Assembly (NCBI GenBank): GCA_001179505.1
Contig: CDMY01000446.1
Coordinates: forward strand, 10,997 to 74,996
Source of the DNA: Vitrella brassicaformis CCMP3155
Taxonomy: Eukaryota > Protista > Chromerida
Direction of reading: 5' to 3'
Length of the DNA stretch: 64,000 nucleotides
Positions 13,178 to 26,300 of the stretch are shown here, one piece after another (the first letter of the stretch is position 1; every line of letters starts with the position of its first letter). Below the pieces are notes generated by a model. That model was not told the DNA's origin, made no database searches, and saw only the letters and a program-made list of their open reading frames with translations. Both the position numbers and the translations under genes were made by a program.

Positions 13178-16100
13178 ATGGCACCGAAGCGTCGCGGCCG
13201 CAAAAAGGAGGACGATGATGATTTCGTCGAGAAGAGCGTCGACATCCTCAAGGAGCCACCAGCCGATGAGGATGACGGCGTGCCATCGCCTCAAGCTGGA
13301 GGCGGCAAGGGCAAGGGCAGAGCAAAGAAGGACAAGGGCGGCGGGGCAGGGGGGTTCGGGGCACTGGCGGGAAGTGACGATGATGACAAGGGTGACTTCA
13401 CACATCGTGGCAGCCACACACGCACACGCACACGCTCACAGGTACCCCGACAAGTCTGCTGTATGTCTGTGTGTTGTGTGGATCAGCTGGTGCATTGGCG
13501 GACGGCAAGCCAGCGGCTGATGATGACGAGGAAGAGGAGGAGGAGGTCGCAGCACCGGCAGCCGTGCCCAAGAAGAAAAACAGACGGGCCAAGAACAAAC
13601 AAAAGGTGGGCAGGGTGCCCTGCAGGGACAGTAGTTACTAACACACGCACCATCGATGCGATGCACCTGTCTGTCTGTCTGTCTGTCTGTCGGTCTCAGG
13701 GCGGGTTCGCTGCGCTTGACGAGGATGGCGACGAGGAGCAGGAAGAGGAAGAGGGCGCCCAGCCATCGGCTGGCAAGAAGGGCGGCGGGTTTGCGGCCCT
13801 GACAGGCGGTGATGGGGATGACAACGAAGACGAGGAAGAGGACGAGCCCGTGAGCTCCATGCCGTCCACTGCATCGAGGCGAAAACAGAAGAAAAACCGA
13901 GCAAAGGTCAGGCAGGCAGGCAGGCACCACGCACACGGCCATCCCTTTTGTATTGGCTTGTTTTGGCAGGGTGGATTTGCGGATCTTGGGGGTGAGGACG
14001 AGGATGAGATCAATGGGGAGGAGGAGAGCGCGCCCGCCAAGCAAGAAGAGCCGGAAGAGGCGCCTGTTCCTGAGGCCACCCCGGCTCCCGCCGCACCCAA
14101 AGCCAAAGCCAAGGCCAAGGGCAAGAAGGGCAAGAACAAAAAGAAGGTCAGTCAGCTGCAGGGCCCCGCCGGTGGCGTGAGGCGAATCCCTACTCATTTC
14201 TGCTTTATGTGTGTGTGTTCTCAGGCTGATGACGACGAGGATCTGGACGCCATCCTGGCAGAGATCGAGGGCAAGGCCAAGACGGTCGAAGCACCAGCAC
14301 AAGAAGGTACACACACACATCGCCACTCCACCTCTTGTTTGTCTGCGAGCGACTGCGTTCCTGTGTGATGTCCTTTGGGTGCAGGCGAGGCCCCATGGGT
14401 GGGTGCTGAGGTCGAGGCGCCCCCGGTGCTGACCAAGAGCAAGGCGCGGCAGAAGAAGAAACAGCAGCAGAAAGGGGAGGACACCGAGGACATCGATGCC
14501 ATACTCGCGGAGATCGAGGGCAAGCCGAAGCCCGAGGCACCAACACCATCACCACCACAGCCACTGCCACAGCAGGAGGAGGAGCATCCGGCAGAAGAGG
14601 CTCCCAAAGGTAATGAAAGCGAGGGGCCGAGAGGGGGGCATGCAATGCATTGATCTTCACGCGTCCGGAGGAACTTGTGTGGCTGCGTTGTGCAGGTGAG
14701 GCGGCTGCAGCTGCTGAGGTGGCGGCCGAGGGGGCCAAGCCCGAGGAGACCCCAGCGGCGTCAGAACCGTTAGCCGCTCCGCAAGGCAAGGATCCGATCC
14801 ACAGTACGCACCATACTCAGACATGGGTGACATGAGGATTACGTGCGTCTGTGCTTGTTGTAGGTGCAGCCGAGGAGCCCCCCGCTCCCGATGCTGTCAC
14901 CGAGGCCACAGAGGAGACCGAAGGCACCACCGGTCTGCTGCTTTGCTCCCACACACGCGCACCTTGTGTCACTCACTGGACTGGAATTTTGGCTCTCCGT
15001 TCTCTTGATTTCTTGTTTCCTTGCTTGTTGTGCAGATGGTGTGTTGGACGAGGCGGCCAAGCGTGCGTTGAAGAACAAACTCAAGAAGGAGAAGAAAAAG
15101 GCCAAGGCCAAGGCTGCCGTCTCTGACGAGACCGAGGACAAGATAGCCGATGACCCAGAAGCCGCGCAGGCCGCCGAGGTGAGTGACGATAGGCGCAAAG
15201 CAATGCCCACCGGCTTTTGTGGTGGTGATCTATCCCTGTGTGGTTGTCTTGCGTGTGCCTGAAGCAGGCGGCAGCTGCCCCAGCCCCTGCTCCATCGGCT
15301 GCAGCTGCTGACAAGGGCAAGAAGAAGAAGCCGGGGCCCGTCAGCGCCGCAGCGCGAGCAGCGCAGGAGCGGATACAGGCCATCAAAGAGGTCAGCACAC
15401 TCGATCACAGCACCACATGCGCGCAGAGGTCGGCACCGCAGGGGTGTGTGCGTGTGTGGGTGTGGTAGGCTGAGGAGCAGCGGAAGAAGGAGGAGGACGA
15501 GGTGCGCAAGAAGGAGGAGGAGCGTCTCCGCAAGATCGAGGAGGAAGAGGCGCGACAGGAGGAGGAACTCAAGAAGAAACGAGAGAAGAAGGAGGCACAG
15601 AAGGTGCGCACCGCACACCAGTGGGCTGGGCGCACACATGACTGTCATGTGTGGGTACGTGTGTGCTTGTCGTGTGGGTGTCTTCATCAGGTTCGTCGCC
15701 AGCAGTTAAAGAAGGAGGGCAAGTTGCTGAGCAAGGCCGAGAAGCAGCGGGCCGAGCGGGCGGCCGAATACAGACGACAGCTCGAGGAACAGGGGCTCAT
15801 CCAGAGTAGCCAGCACCCGCACTCACACCTATCCATCCATCCATCCATCCATTCCGTTGTTCCCCTGTGTGTGCAGAGCGTCCCGAGGGTGAGTCAGCGC
15901 ACACCGAGGGGCCCAAGAAGACAGTGGTGGTGTCCGACCGGCGGAAGAAGAGGCGGCCGCAACACGACACCATTAATGGGCACGAGGAGGGCGGCGAGGG
16001 CGACGTGACCATGGCCGACGAGGGCAAGGCAGACGAGGCCATGCAGCCTGTCGCAGACGAAACACACAAGGGTGAGCTATCTATGAGACACGTGGCGACA

Positions 16101-19100
16101 CACGCGCGTGGGCGTATGGACACTTGTGTTGTGTGTGTGTGTGTAGATGAGGTTGAGGGAGAGGAGGAAGTGGATGATTGGGAGGCCCTCATCGACGAGG
16201 AGGATGAGTCCAAGAAACAGCCACCAGCCATGGCTGAGCCGTCGGCTGCACCAGCCGCCCCTGCCGCCGGCAAGCCCGCCGCACCTGCCAGGGCCGCCAA
16301 ACCTGAGCAAGACGTCCACATGGTAAGGCGAGGGGCCTCCTGCCGGGTTCACCGCACCCGCATTGATGTGATGTGGTTGGGGTGTGCTGTGCATTACTCA
16401 GGAGGAGGATGAGGAGGAGGAAGAGAGCGAGGAAGAAGAGAGCGAGGAAGAAGAGGTGCGCCGCGCCACACACAGACCATTATGTACCCACCCTGACTGG
16501 CACAACTTCATTCGTGCATCTGATCTGCCTACCCTGCAGGATGAGGAAGAGGAGGACGAGTCCGACGAGGACGACCACCGCAGGCCCATGCTACGGGCCC
16601 AGCCCGTCCCGAAGGCCCCCAAGGTCGACAAGGCCACGGCGAGGCTGCGGTCACCCATCTGCTGCATCCTGGGACACGTCGACACCGGCAAGACCAAACT
16701 CCTCGACAAGATACGGCGCACCAACGTGCAGGAGGGTGAGGCCGGCGGCATCACACAACAGATCGGCGCCACGTTCTTCCCTAAGGAGGCACTCTGGGAG
16801 CAGTGCAAAAAGGTCGGTCAGCCAGTCCAGTCCACACCCCTCCCTACCCCGTGTGTACCGTGCGACTGCATGAATGTCCTTTCTTCTTTCCTTGGCCGGC
16901 CATCTCTGTCTTGTCAGGTGGATCCCGAGCTTGAGCTGCACGTGCCCGGCCTGCTCATCATCGACACGCCCGGGCACGAGTCGTTCAACAACCTTCGTGC
17001 GCGAGGGTCGTCTCTGTGTGACATCGCCATATTGGTGGTGGACATCATGCACGGGCTGGAGCCGCAGACGCTGGAGAGCCTGGGGCTGCTCAAGAAGCGC
17101 AAGTGTCCCTTCGTCATCGCCCTCAACAAGATCGACCGGATGTACCAGTGGGAGGACATCCAGTACACACCAGCCAAGGAGGCCATCGACAGGCAGCAGC
17201 CTTCTGTCAAGGTATGTAGGCATCAAATCGAGAGCGCTATTGGGCACGGCCCGGCCCACACAGGAGGACGGCCCATCTGACTGATTGTTGTGTGTGGTAA
17301 CGTCAGGATGAGTTCAAGAACCGTGTGGATCAGTCTCTGGTGGCGTTGGCCGAGCAGGGCCTCAACTGCTTCGTCTACTGGGACAACCCCGACTTCCGCA
17401 GAAACGTCAGTGTGGCCCCCACTAGCGCCATCACCGGCGAGGGCATCCCTGACCTGCTCATGCTGCTAGTCAAACTCACACAGGTCAGTCAGACACACAA
17501 GCAGCCAGCCGCAGAGAGAGGGGTCCATTACATTCATCCATATGTGTGTGTGTGTGTGGTTGTTCAGGACATCATGACGAGTGCCATCGTGTACAAGGAG
17601 GAGCTGCAGTGCACCATCCTGGAGGTCAAGAACATCGAAGGCCTCGGCACCACAATTGACGTTATTCTCGTCAACGGCACACTGCACGAAGGTGCGTACA
17701 CATGACATGGACGGACGTACCGATCCGACGATGCACGCAGAAGAAACACGTGTGTGTGTGTGTGTGTGTGGGTGTGTATACGTGTGTGCAGGCGACACCA
17801 TCATTGTGTGTGGGATGAGTGGGCCGATCGTCACAAACATCAGAGCCCTCCTCACGCCACAGCCGCTGAAGGAGCTGCGCGTCAAGGGCGAGTACATCCA
17901 CCACAAGCAAATACACGCTGCAATGGGCGTCAAAATCTCCGCGCAGGTTCGACCGTCCCGCCCTCACACAAAAGACGCACACCAAGGTGACGTTCATCTC
18001 CTATGCCTCCTCAGGGTCTCGAGGACGCTGTGGCTGGCACGTCGCTGTTTGTGGTTGATCCTGACGATGAGGAGATGATAGAGGATTTGAAGGACGAGGT
18101 CATGGCCGACATGAGCGACATATTCAAGTCCGTCGACCGGTCCGGCAGCGGCGTATACGTCATGGCGTCCACGCTGGGCTCACTCGAGGCCCTCCTGGCC
18201 TTCCTCAAGGACTCCAAAATACCCGTCTTCTGCGTCAACATCGGTAAGCGGCGGCGCAGCGGCGCAGCAGGCCGACATGGGCGTGGGAGTGCTATCCGAA
18301 TGTGTGTCTCTGTGTGTATCTGTCTGTCTGAAGGCACTGTCAACAAGATCGATGTCAAGAAGGCATCGGTGATGAAGGAGAAGGGGCACCCCGAATTTGC
18401 CACCATACTCGCATTCGACGTCAAGGTCAGCTGGGCTGGGCTGGGTCTGTCGGCGTGACGCAAAGACATGCGGCCCGGCCTTGTCTGTGTGTCGTGTCGA
18501 TCAGATCGACAGTGAGGCGCGTAAGGAGGCTGAGCACCTGGGTGTTCGTATCATGTGGGCGGAGATCATCTACCACCTCTTCGACCAATTCACCGACTTC
18601 ATGGCCAAATTCAAAGAGGACAAACGGTCGGTCAGCTCAGCCGTGTGTTGAGTGAGGACCGGTCAAGGCCTACGCAAATGCTGAAAAGTGTCGCTGTGTT
18701 GCTCTCCTGTCTGCTGCAGAAAGGAGAAGTCCAACGTGGCCGTGTTCCCCTGTGTGCTCAAGGTGCTGCCGCAATTCGTCTTCAACAAGAAGGACCCCAT
18801 CGTCCTCGGTCAGACAGACATGCACACGTGAAAGTGCCACCCGACTTGGCCTGCACACACTCGTTTTGTGTCCTTCGCCAGGTGTGGTGGTTGAGGATGG
18901 CATCCTCAAGATCGGCACGCCCCTGTGCGTCCCCGATAAGGAGGTAAACAGCAGCCCAGCCACGCAGAGAGCGGACAGGGGGAACATCGGATGGCTTGAC
19001 GCACCGGCCTGGCCAATCAATGTACGTCTGTCTGGCTGTGTGGTCAGAACATGCGCATCGGTCAAGTTGGGAGCATCGAGAACAACAAGAAACCCGTCGA

Positions 19101-19554
19101 CAGTGCCAGAAAGGGTAAGTTCAATAAGGTACCGACCCACCACACGAACGAACGTACCATCAGGAACTGCATGCGCATTGCGCCATGTGTTGTTATGTGC
19201 GAAGGGATGGAGGTGGCTATCAAGATTGTGGGCGACACGAGCGTTACATATGGCAAACAATTCGACCATACAAACAAGGTAAGTAAGCTGAGGTGAGGCC
19301 GCAGGTCGGTCGACACACAGCACAGCACAGCTGTGTGTGTGTGCGTTGTTTGTTCAGCTGTATTCGCGCATGACGCGTGACGCCATTGACTGCCTGAAGG
19401 AACACTTCAGGGATGACCTCAACAAGGTAGGTAGACCAAACCCAGCAGAAAGCAGGCTAGATACAGTACTTACGTGTGGTGTGTGTCTTGTGTCATCCTC
19501 CAGGACGACTGGAAGCTGGTTGTGGCCCTCAAGAAGGTCTTCGCCATCACCTGA
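13178..19554 (+). CDS. eIF5B: Translation initiation factor eIF5B (IF2 homologue), multi-exon
   Basis: [115 protein letters not shown]; Lys/Glu-rich N-terminus; ends [16 protein letters not shown]. Confidence 0.97.
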
Positions 19555-20239
19555 CCGGCTCTTGTCTTGTCTGGCCTGTATTGCATCCCCTCCGCCTGTC
19601 TGTCTGACTTCGTTTCTGGTTGATTGGTGGCTTGGCGGGGCGGCCTCTCAAACTTCCCGTACATATTTGTACGCAAGGGATGGGCGGCTTTTAATGGATT
19701 GCGTGATGTGATTGTGTGTGCTCGCTGCGTGTACCTTTCTCTGACGGACGAAGTGGAGGCGAGAGGAAGGCGTATTTTTTCAACCCGATGCATGCCATCA
19801 TTGGGTGCCGTGCAGTGGGTGTGCTATGCCTATGTATGTGGACATGACATCCACACGGCGAATGCAATGCATGGACGGAGTTTGTTGTTTGTTGGAGCAA
19901 TGAATGAATGAATGGATCCAAATGCAAGTGGGTTGAGCTAAGCAAAGAGTGATTTAAGCAGTGCGCAGTGCAAGGATGGAGTAGGCGTGTGAAACTTTCA
20001 TGCTGCTCGCTCCTTTTGAATGATTCCGTGTCATCCCCTTCCCATAACATCCCCAAAGCCAGTCTCTCGCCTCGCCGCTCGGTGTGACTCGGTGCCTCCC
20101 GATGAATGATAGACGGCAGGGACTCTTAAGCGTCCCGCCTGTCATTCATCGGCGTACACAGTGTCACGCAGAGCGGCCAGACAGAAAGCACGCAGCCACC
20201 CACCCATCCATCCATTCACACACATCTATGCCCCCCCGT

Positions 20240-21172
20240 CGATCCCCACACGCACCTGTGAAGTCTTCCACTTTCTTGTCGTTCAGGTTGTAGAAGAGGG
20301 CATTGAACGTAAAGTCACGACGCTCCGCATCTGGCAACACAGGCGACCAAGCCATCTTCCGCCGGTCTGTCTGCCTGTCTGCCTGTCTGTCTGTCTGTGT
20401 GTGTGCCCACCTTCCTTTGGCGTGCCGATGTCGATCTTGGGTATTCGGGAGTCCTCTGTGTAGGTCTCGGTGCGGAGGTTGACAAAGTCCACCGACACAC
20501 CCATCAGCTTGACCGTCGCCGTCTCGAGATGCTTCGACTGGTCGGGGTTCCGCGCTATCACGCCGATCTTGTGCGGCGACTCACCCTTGGCCGCCAACCA
20601 ACTACACACACACACACACTCCGTCATTCCGTCCTGTCTATCAATGTCGTCTCTCTCACTCACTCGTTGACGTGTTCGGCGAACTTGAGCCCCAGCATGT
20701 TGTCGAGAGCGATGTCGATGTCGGGCGAGGCGGTGTCCTTGCCAAGCAGCTTGTCCCGCACCCACCCGCCCGCGACACGCAGTGTTGTCTCGAGACCCTG
20801 GTCTTTGACCACATTGAGCAGCAGCTCGAACAGCGACTCCTCCAGCTTGGTCAGCTTGGTCAGTCGCAGCTCGTGCGACAGCCGTGAGGGCGACGGCAGC
20901 GGCTCGTTCGTGTCTGTCATGATGCGAGGACGGTACCGCAGACGAGGGGAAGAGGGCACTTCAGCGAAGGCGCTCGAAGAAGGGGTCGCACTGAGAGAAA
21001 AGCGGGATGCTCGGGTGCTGGGTGGGACGAAGGGACTGACGAAGGCCTCACGCAGCCTCGGCGATGAACTGATGATCCGACGCGCTTGCGACACAAACGC
21101 CAGGGTCAGGATGAGGAAGATCCGCCGTAGATGAAGTAGCGCAGTCCAGTCATGGCTGCGCAAGCGGCTCAT
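20240..21172 (-). pseudogene. CCA1: CCA-adding tRNA nucleotidyltransferase (class II), head domain only
   Basis: LRVAGGWVRDKLLG..SPDIDIALDNM, NPDQSKHLETATVKL, DFVNLRTETYTEDSRIP, GTPKE|DAERRDFTFNALFYNL...VEDFTG. No downstream DDPLR motif or body domain found before the convergent eIF5B 3' end. Confidence 0.75.
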
Positions 21173-21254
21173 AAGAGATCTCCAACATCAAAGTGCCTCG
21201 GCTTTGAAACCACTACTAATTTTTTCAGTGCCCAGATCTGCAACAATTTGGAGA

Positions 21255-23330
21255 GGAGCAGGGTTTGGAAACCCTGGACCCGCGTCCTGGGTGTGGACCG
21301 TTGGACACTCCACCACACGCAATCATTGAGAGAGAGGTCTCCATCAGCACACACGTGCATTGGTTGCGAGTGATCCGCCAGGCAGCCAAACACAGTCACA
21401 CACCCCGAAGCATCACATCAAAATCGGCCACTGCAGCAGCGAAGAGCACGCAGCCAGCCATGAGGACGAGAAGATCTCCATTCACACAGACAGACATACA
21501 GACATAGAGGGGGAGGGAGAGACGCACGGACAAACAGCAGAGCCATAGCCTAACTCACGCGACGCGTTCATCAGAGGCATATGGTGACCCCTGCAGATCC
21601 AGAGTGAGTGAGTGAGTGAGTGAGAGAGTGAGCGGTACGCCGACCACCATTCGGCCTGCGCACACACAACGCAATTAGATGACCGAAGACATTCATCGGC
21701 TTGGCGCGTGGCATTTCTGTGGCGTACCAGTGGTAGTTGGACCGCTCAATCAGACAGCGCCACCTGTCGTGTGCACAGGGAGGGACACACTTGTGTGCTG
21801 TGTGCATTCCCTCCCTCTTTGGTACCTGCACTGCCCTCATCGCTGCCATCGTCGGAACCTAGCACGACACATCAACACACAACCACACACAACACAAGCC
21901 ACGTCGTGCTGTCCATCCGGCGCCTATTTGTATGTGTCCGTACCACCGTCATCATGATTCTACTTGGCCGTCGAAGACGTATGGCGCCGCTCGCTCCAGC
22001 GCCACACGGGCCAGCTGAGTGGTGACGGGGAAGCGGTCCTTGAAGGCACGCCCCTCACCACCGACAGGCGCCTCGATCGTCCAGACCTGGACCCTCGCTG
22101 CAGACAGACAATGACAGAAAGAAAACACTGATGACACTTGACACCAGCAGAGCTGCCTGTCTGTCGGCCTGACCGGTGCCGTCGACCATATCCCTAATCT
22201 TAATCCACGCGACGAAGTTCTGGCTGCTGTCGGTGAGCACCAGATCTCGCGTAGGGCCTTCCCAGGTGAGTGTGGTGGTGCATCCGGCCACTGGTGTGTG
22301 GGGCGAGTCCGTCAGCAGGCCATCCAGACGGCCGCCACCAACACGCCTGAACCAACCACACACACACACACACACACACAATCACACACGCACCCCTCTC
22401 GCCACTGGTTCCATTGGTGTGTTACCTATTGAGATCTATCGATGTGCTATTGATCTGCTGAGTCTCGCTGCTGAAGTGGTCGAGGATCGTATGCTTGGCG
22501 AATGATGATGCTGACGCGTACTGGAACAGGTTGATCGACACCCATTGGTCGATGTCGGGAAAGTAGGAGATGCCGCTCCGCACTGGCGGGTCATGCTCTA
22601 GTCGGTGCTGCTGATACAGATGGCGGGCGGGGAGGGGCGGGTTGACGTCCAGTCGGAAGCCGGGCTGGACCTCGAGGGCCCGCACCTCACCATTGGCACG
22701 GCGGAAGATCCGCAGGCAGCTGCCGTTGCCATTGGCATGGCGGAAGATCCACAGGTGGCTGCCGTACACACCGAAGCGCACATGGCGGCCGACCACCATG
22801 AGCTGCGCCAACACACGGGAAACCGACAGATACGCCTACACCACACACACACACAGACAGAAAGAGAGAGAGGGGATGATGCCTCTCTGTTCGCTCCCGC
22901 CCCTCTGTGTGTGCCTCACCGTCTTGTTGGCGTGTGTGTTGATGTCATCTGCCGTGAGGATGACGGGCAGCTCACAGTTGCCGCACTGCACCCCCAGCTC
23001 AATCACCTCGCCCATCTCCACCCAGCTCCCCTCCTCCATCAGCACACAGCCGCCAGCAGGTCACACACGCCGAACTGCTCATCGTCGAACCGCATCAGCT
23101 GCACTTGCCGCCCGTTGACCACCCGCCGCAGCCCCGCCTGTGAGCCCAGCGAGTGACGGAGCCGATCTCTCAGCTGGGCCGCTCCAAAGAGCTTGCTGAG
23201 CCATGTGCAGGTGGCTCTCAGCTGGAGTACGTCTGTGAGGCTGAGGAGGTAGAAGGCGCGGCGGCCGACGAAGATGTACGAGAAGGGGTGCTGCTGCTGA
23301 TGTTGCTGTTGCTGCATTTGCAGCAGATGA
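21255..23330 (-). mobile_element. Dispersed ~2.07 kb gene cassette, copy 2
   Basis: Same organisation and boundaries as 10852-13005. Confidence 0.6.
21952..23317 (-). pseudogene. Paralogue of 11644-12997 with a 1-bp frameshift near 23042
   Basis: Reads DLLAAVC* then (L)MEEGSWVEMGEVIE in another frame, where copy 1 reads DLLHHTVCVMEEGEWVEIGEVIE continuously. Confidence 0.75.
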
Positions 23331-23399
23331 TATCGGAAGTGCGAGCTGTTGAAGGGGGGCGGTGGGGGTTCCCCAGTCTCAGCAGAAGGCGAATCCCCC

Positions 23400-26300
23400 A
23401 TGATGGACAGTACAAATGGTGCCGTGACGCTTCCCTCACCCATAACACAGTACAGAGCGGAAAGCGAGGCGCCTCCGCGGCGCAAAAAGAAGAAGGCCGT
23501 TATAGATGACGACGAGAAGCGGCGCGTGAGCAAGGTGGGCAGCTTCGGCAGCCCCACGGCAGGCAAGAGGGCCGAGGAGACGCCCCCGCAGAGGGCGTCC
23601 ACGGCGTCTGAGGTGGGGGTGCCGCTGGGCGGCGTGCTCTTCCTGCTCCGCAAGCGGAACAGCGAAAACTTCTGCCTCAAGCTCTTCTTCTACAGCGTGT
23701 TCCTGGGGCTGTTTATTGCCATCACCATGCTGGCAAGGCCTACCAAGTCATCCTATGAGATGCTGGCGGCCGCACGGGGGCTCAGCGCATTGGTCAGCCA
23801 GCCACAATCACACTTGCACATCCGTATATCTATTTGTCCATGCATGCCGTGCGTTCTTCGCCTGTATGCATGCAGGAGGCAATGCCGAACGCCAATTTTG
23901 AGAAGACCTTTGTAGATGTGGCGCACGACGGCGATTGGTGGGATTGGTGCCTCACGGTGCTGTCGCCGTTTCTGCGTAGTGCGTGGTGGACCAACAAGGA
24001 GAACCGGACGGGCCTGCTGTACAACGCCGTCTTCATGCCGGTGCGCTTCCGGCAAGTGCGGGTCAAGGAGGACACCTGCAACACACCCGACGGCAACTCA
24101 GGTACCCACCTGTGTGAGAAGAACACCATGCAGAAATGCATATTGGCAATGTGTGGGCAGAGATGGCCCGTCCGTGCTGGGGCAAGTTCACGTCGAAGCA
24201 TCTGGATGACAGTCTTTTCGGCGAGGAGTATAATAACACATTCAAGACAGACATGAACAAAGTGTCGGGCAAAGAGGTACATACACATATGCACACCACC
24301 CCTCGACACGCGCCAGCCGGCATTGGTATTCATTGAGCAGGGGTACGGTCCATCGTACGGCCGTGCTGCACATGTGGTGGACATCATCTTCGGCCCGATG
24401 GTAGAGAACGGCACCGACATTGGGCTGCTGACTCTGACGAGCGACAATACGTCAGTGCTGCCTGACGCTGGTAGTGGCATGCCAGTTGAGAGCGTGGAGG
24501 TGCCCTGGCAGCTGGCACTCATGCTCAACGACACTTGGACAACCTACGCCACACGCGCTGTGAGTGAGAGAGGAAGTGGGAGGGCAGTCAACGAACCCGT
24601 ATGTGTGTCTCTGTGGCAGATAAGCGTGGAGGCAGGGATGTATAACCCCAATGTGGACTTGGCCATGTATGTGCGGTGGCACCTGGACATCAGCCCGGGC
24701 GGCCGCGTCGAGCCGAGCATCCTCTTCACGCCTTGCAGATTGCTCCCATACAGGTAGGAAGGCCAGAATGAAGGGAGGGAAAACGGAAACGACATTGCTT
24801 CTTGGCTTTGTTGTCTTCTCTTCTGTCTTGTCCATGGTGGTACGTGCAGTCAGCCGATCGACTGGTTCCGGTTGTGTTTGGAGGTGGCGTTCACGTGCTA
24901 TATTGTGGTCTACTGGTGGATAGAGTTCTATGAAATGCGGACGCTCGGGCTCAAAGCCTACTTCTTGTATGTACCCATCCCCCAACACATGAACGCCACA
25001 CCGAGGGAGACAACACACGGATGGAGGGATGCATGTGTGTTCGGGCTCGATCAGGTCGTTGTGGAACTGGATTGAGCTGGCCAATCTGTCGATTTACTTG
25101 ACCATCCAGATCTACTGGTTTGCATACCTCTCATTTGACAGGCAGAAATTCACCAAGGTACACACTCGTACTGCTCGGCTAGGTATGTCTCTGTGGCACC
25201 TGTTGGATGTGCGTGTGTCAGGTGTTGGATGAGTTTGGCGAGGAGTTCTTCCGCATAGCCGACCACTACAACTTCACATCCAACCTCGCCGCCTTCAACA
25301 TCATCTGGGCGTTCATCAAAGTCAGTAGATGCACCCGGATGCAGCCATGTCTCCTCTATGCTCTATGTGGTGTGCTGTGCTGTGCTGCGCCGATCAGGTG
25401 TTCAAGTATCTGCAGATGTATCCGTCGATGAACACCCTGTGGGAGGTGCTGTCGCTGTCGATGAAGGATACCCTCCCCTTCGCGGCGGTCTTCCTCCTCT
25501 TTGTCTTCGGCTTCACCTTTGCGGCCCACTGGCTGTACGGATTCACTCTCAGGGAGTTCCACTCGTGGGGACAGTCATTCTCGACACTCATGCAGACACT
25601 CAGTCAGTGATGATGCAGACAGACAGACAAAAGAGCACACGATGGTTGATGGGGTGTGTCTATGTGTGTAGGTGGTGGGCTGCCATATGAAGACATGAAG
25701 CGGTTCGCGCCCGTTGCCACACCGATATTCTTCGCCGCATGGTCAGCCACACACACCCCCACAGAGAGGACACAGGCAAGTAGCAATGGCATTGGTTGTC
25801 GTGTGTGTCAGGATATTGATGATAGCGTTAGTGATGGTCAACATGTTTGTGGCCATCCTCACCGATGCTCACACAGAGACACAAACACGACTGAGGAAAC
25901 TGGAGGAAATCGAGGTCAGCCAGCCATTGGGAGCACGCAGGCGACTGAATGCATTGTGTTTCTGTGGGTGTGTGCAGGCGCGGCACACCGGCCGGTCAGC
26001 GCTGATCAATTTCTTTCAGGGCGTGTGGAGATACATCACATCATTCGTCAAGAAGCGAAGAGAAGCCGCAGGCTACAAGGTAGTCTCCTGCGCACACCAC
26101 ACGCTCCCTAATCTCTCTCTCTCTCTCTGTGTGTGTGTGTCTCGCGCCTGTCAGAAGGATCGCAGCGGCATGTGGCCGCACGTCCCCGAGCAGAGCAGCA
26201 GCAGCATGCTGGACATGGACCAGAAGTCGCCCAAGCGGGATGTGGAGGCGGGCGTCGTCGAGGGCGAGGGCGGCCCACTGTCTTCCTTCCAGCCGCAGGC

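Noticed and set aside
14786-14863. GC-AG intron in eIF5B
   Set aside because: An in-phase canonical GT donor (a|gtacgc, ~14805) exists just downstream.
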